From Batkoa obscura (lineage: Eukaryota), in NCBI GenBank assembly GCA_030770535.1, contig JASVEC010000019.1, positions 372,001 through 436,000 on the forward strand: DNA of 64,000 bases, given 5' to 3'. Both the position numbers and the translations under genes were made by a program. The notes beneath the pieces are model-generated. The model was not told the DNA's origin. It ran no database searches and saw nothing but the letters and a program-made list of their open reading frames with translations. This document shows positions 63,463 through 64,000 of this stretch, in pieces; position 1 is the stretch's first letter, and the number at the start of each line of letters is the position of its first letter.

Positions 63463-64000
63463 ATATGTATCTAGCTTCTAATAGTCTGATTTTTAAAACT
63501 AATTTTAGAAAAACACTTGCTAGTTCAAAAGACTAACAATACGTTTATTATGTAAAACAAAAAGAAAGCACTGGATGAGAATTTGGTTATTTTGAAAAAA
63601 CTATTAACAGTATCCTGGGATTGTTATAGGCACAAGCCCAAGGGGCTAAAAAGGTATTTATTAGTAACTTTCTGAACCGACTAAAAATGTCTCTTAATAG
63701 CTCAAGAAGTCCTAAGCTCATTTTATCCCAGAAAAAGCTATTAAGGAACAGAAAACTTTATTTTTTCAACATGTTTATGTTGTCATATATTTATTTTCAG
63801 TCTATTGTTTAAGTCTAAATTTTTATCTCTCGTAAAAATAGTAAATCCAAGAACTGAATAGAATTTTGTAAAATAGTAGTAGCTAAAGTAATGGATGTAC
63901 AATAGAAATAAGCAAAAGTTATTATTTTCTTTGACGTAGCTTTATTAAAAAAATGTATTTTTAAAAATAACTCTTTTTTGTTCCCTTGGTTTCTTCGCTA

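Overview
AT-rich eukaryotic DNA with short GT-AG introns, most likely from an early-diverging fungus (Zoopagomycota/Entomophthorales-like; this is an inference from gene content). Conserved intron-containing genes: an MFS DHA2 transporter, NAA38/MAK31, TUL1, an IQGAP (IQG1), DBR1 and FAR11/STRIP. Intronless, mostly secreted enzymes: three AA11-type LPMOs, one intact tyrosinase with two decayed paralogs, an AIFM2/FSP1-like oxidoreductase, two HEXXH metallopeptidase-like paralogs and an S28 peptidase. Four intact tRNAs (Ala-CGC, Val-AAC, Glu-TTC, Arg-ACG) are present, plus damaged Arg-ACG copies: one carries a 4-nt hairpin-loop inversion and one appears split by a ~0.72-kb insert. Intergenic DNA holds about 27 copies of a ~95-100 bp MITE (GGGG...CCCC ends, 4-bp mostly AWWT target duplications, Sola1-like), two solo LTRs and two decayed F-box/LRR-like genes. 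Coordinates were read by eye and may be off by a few bases.
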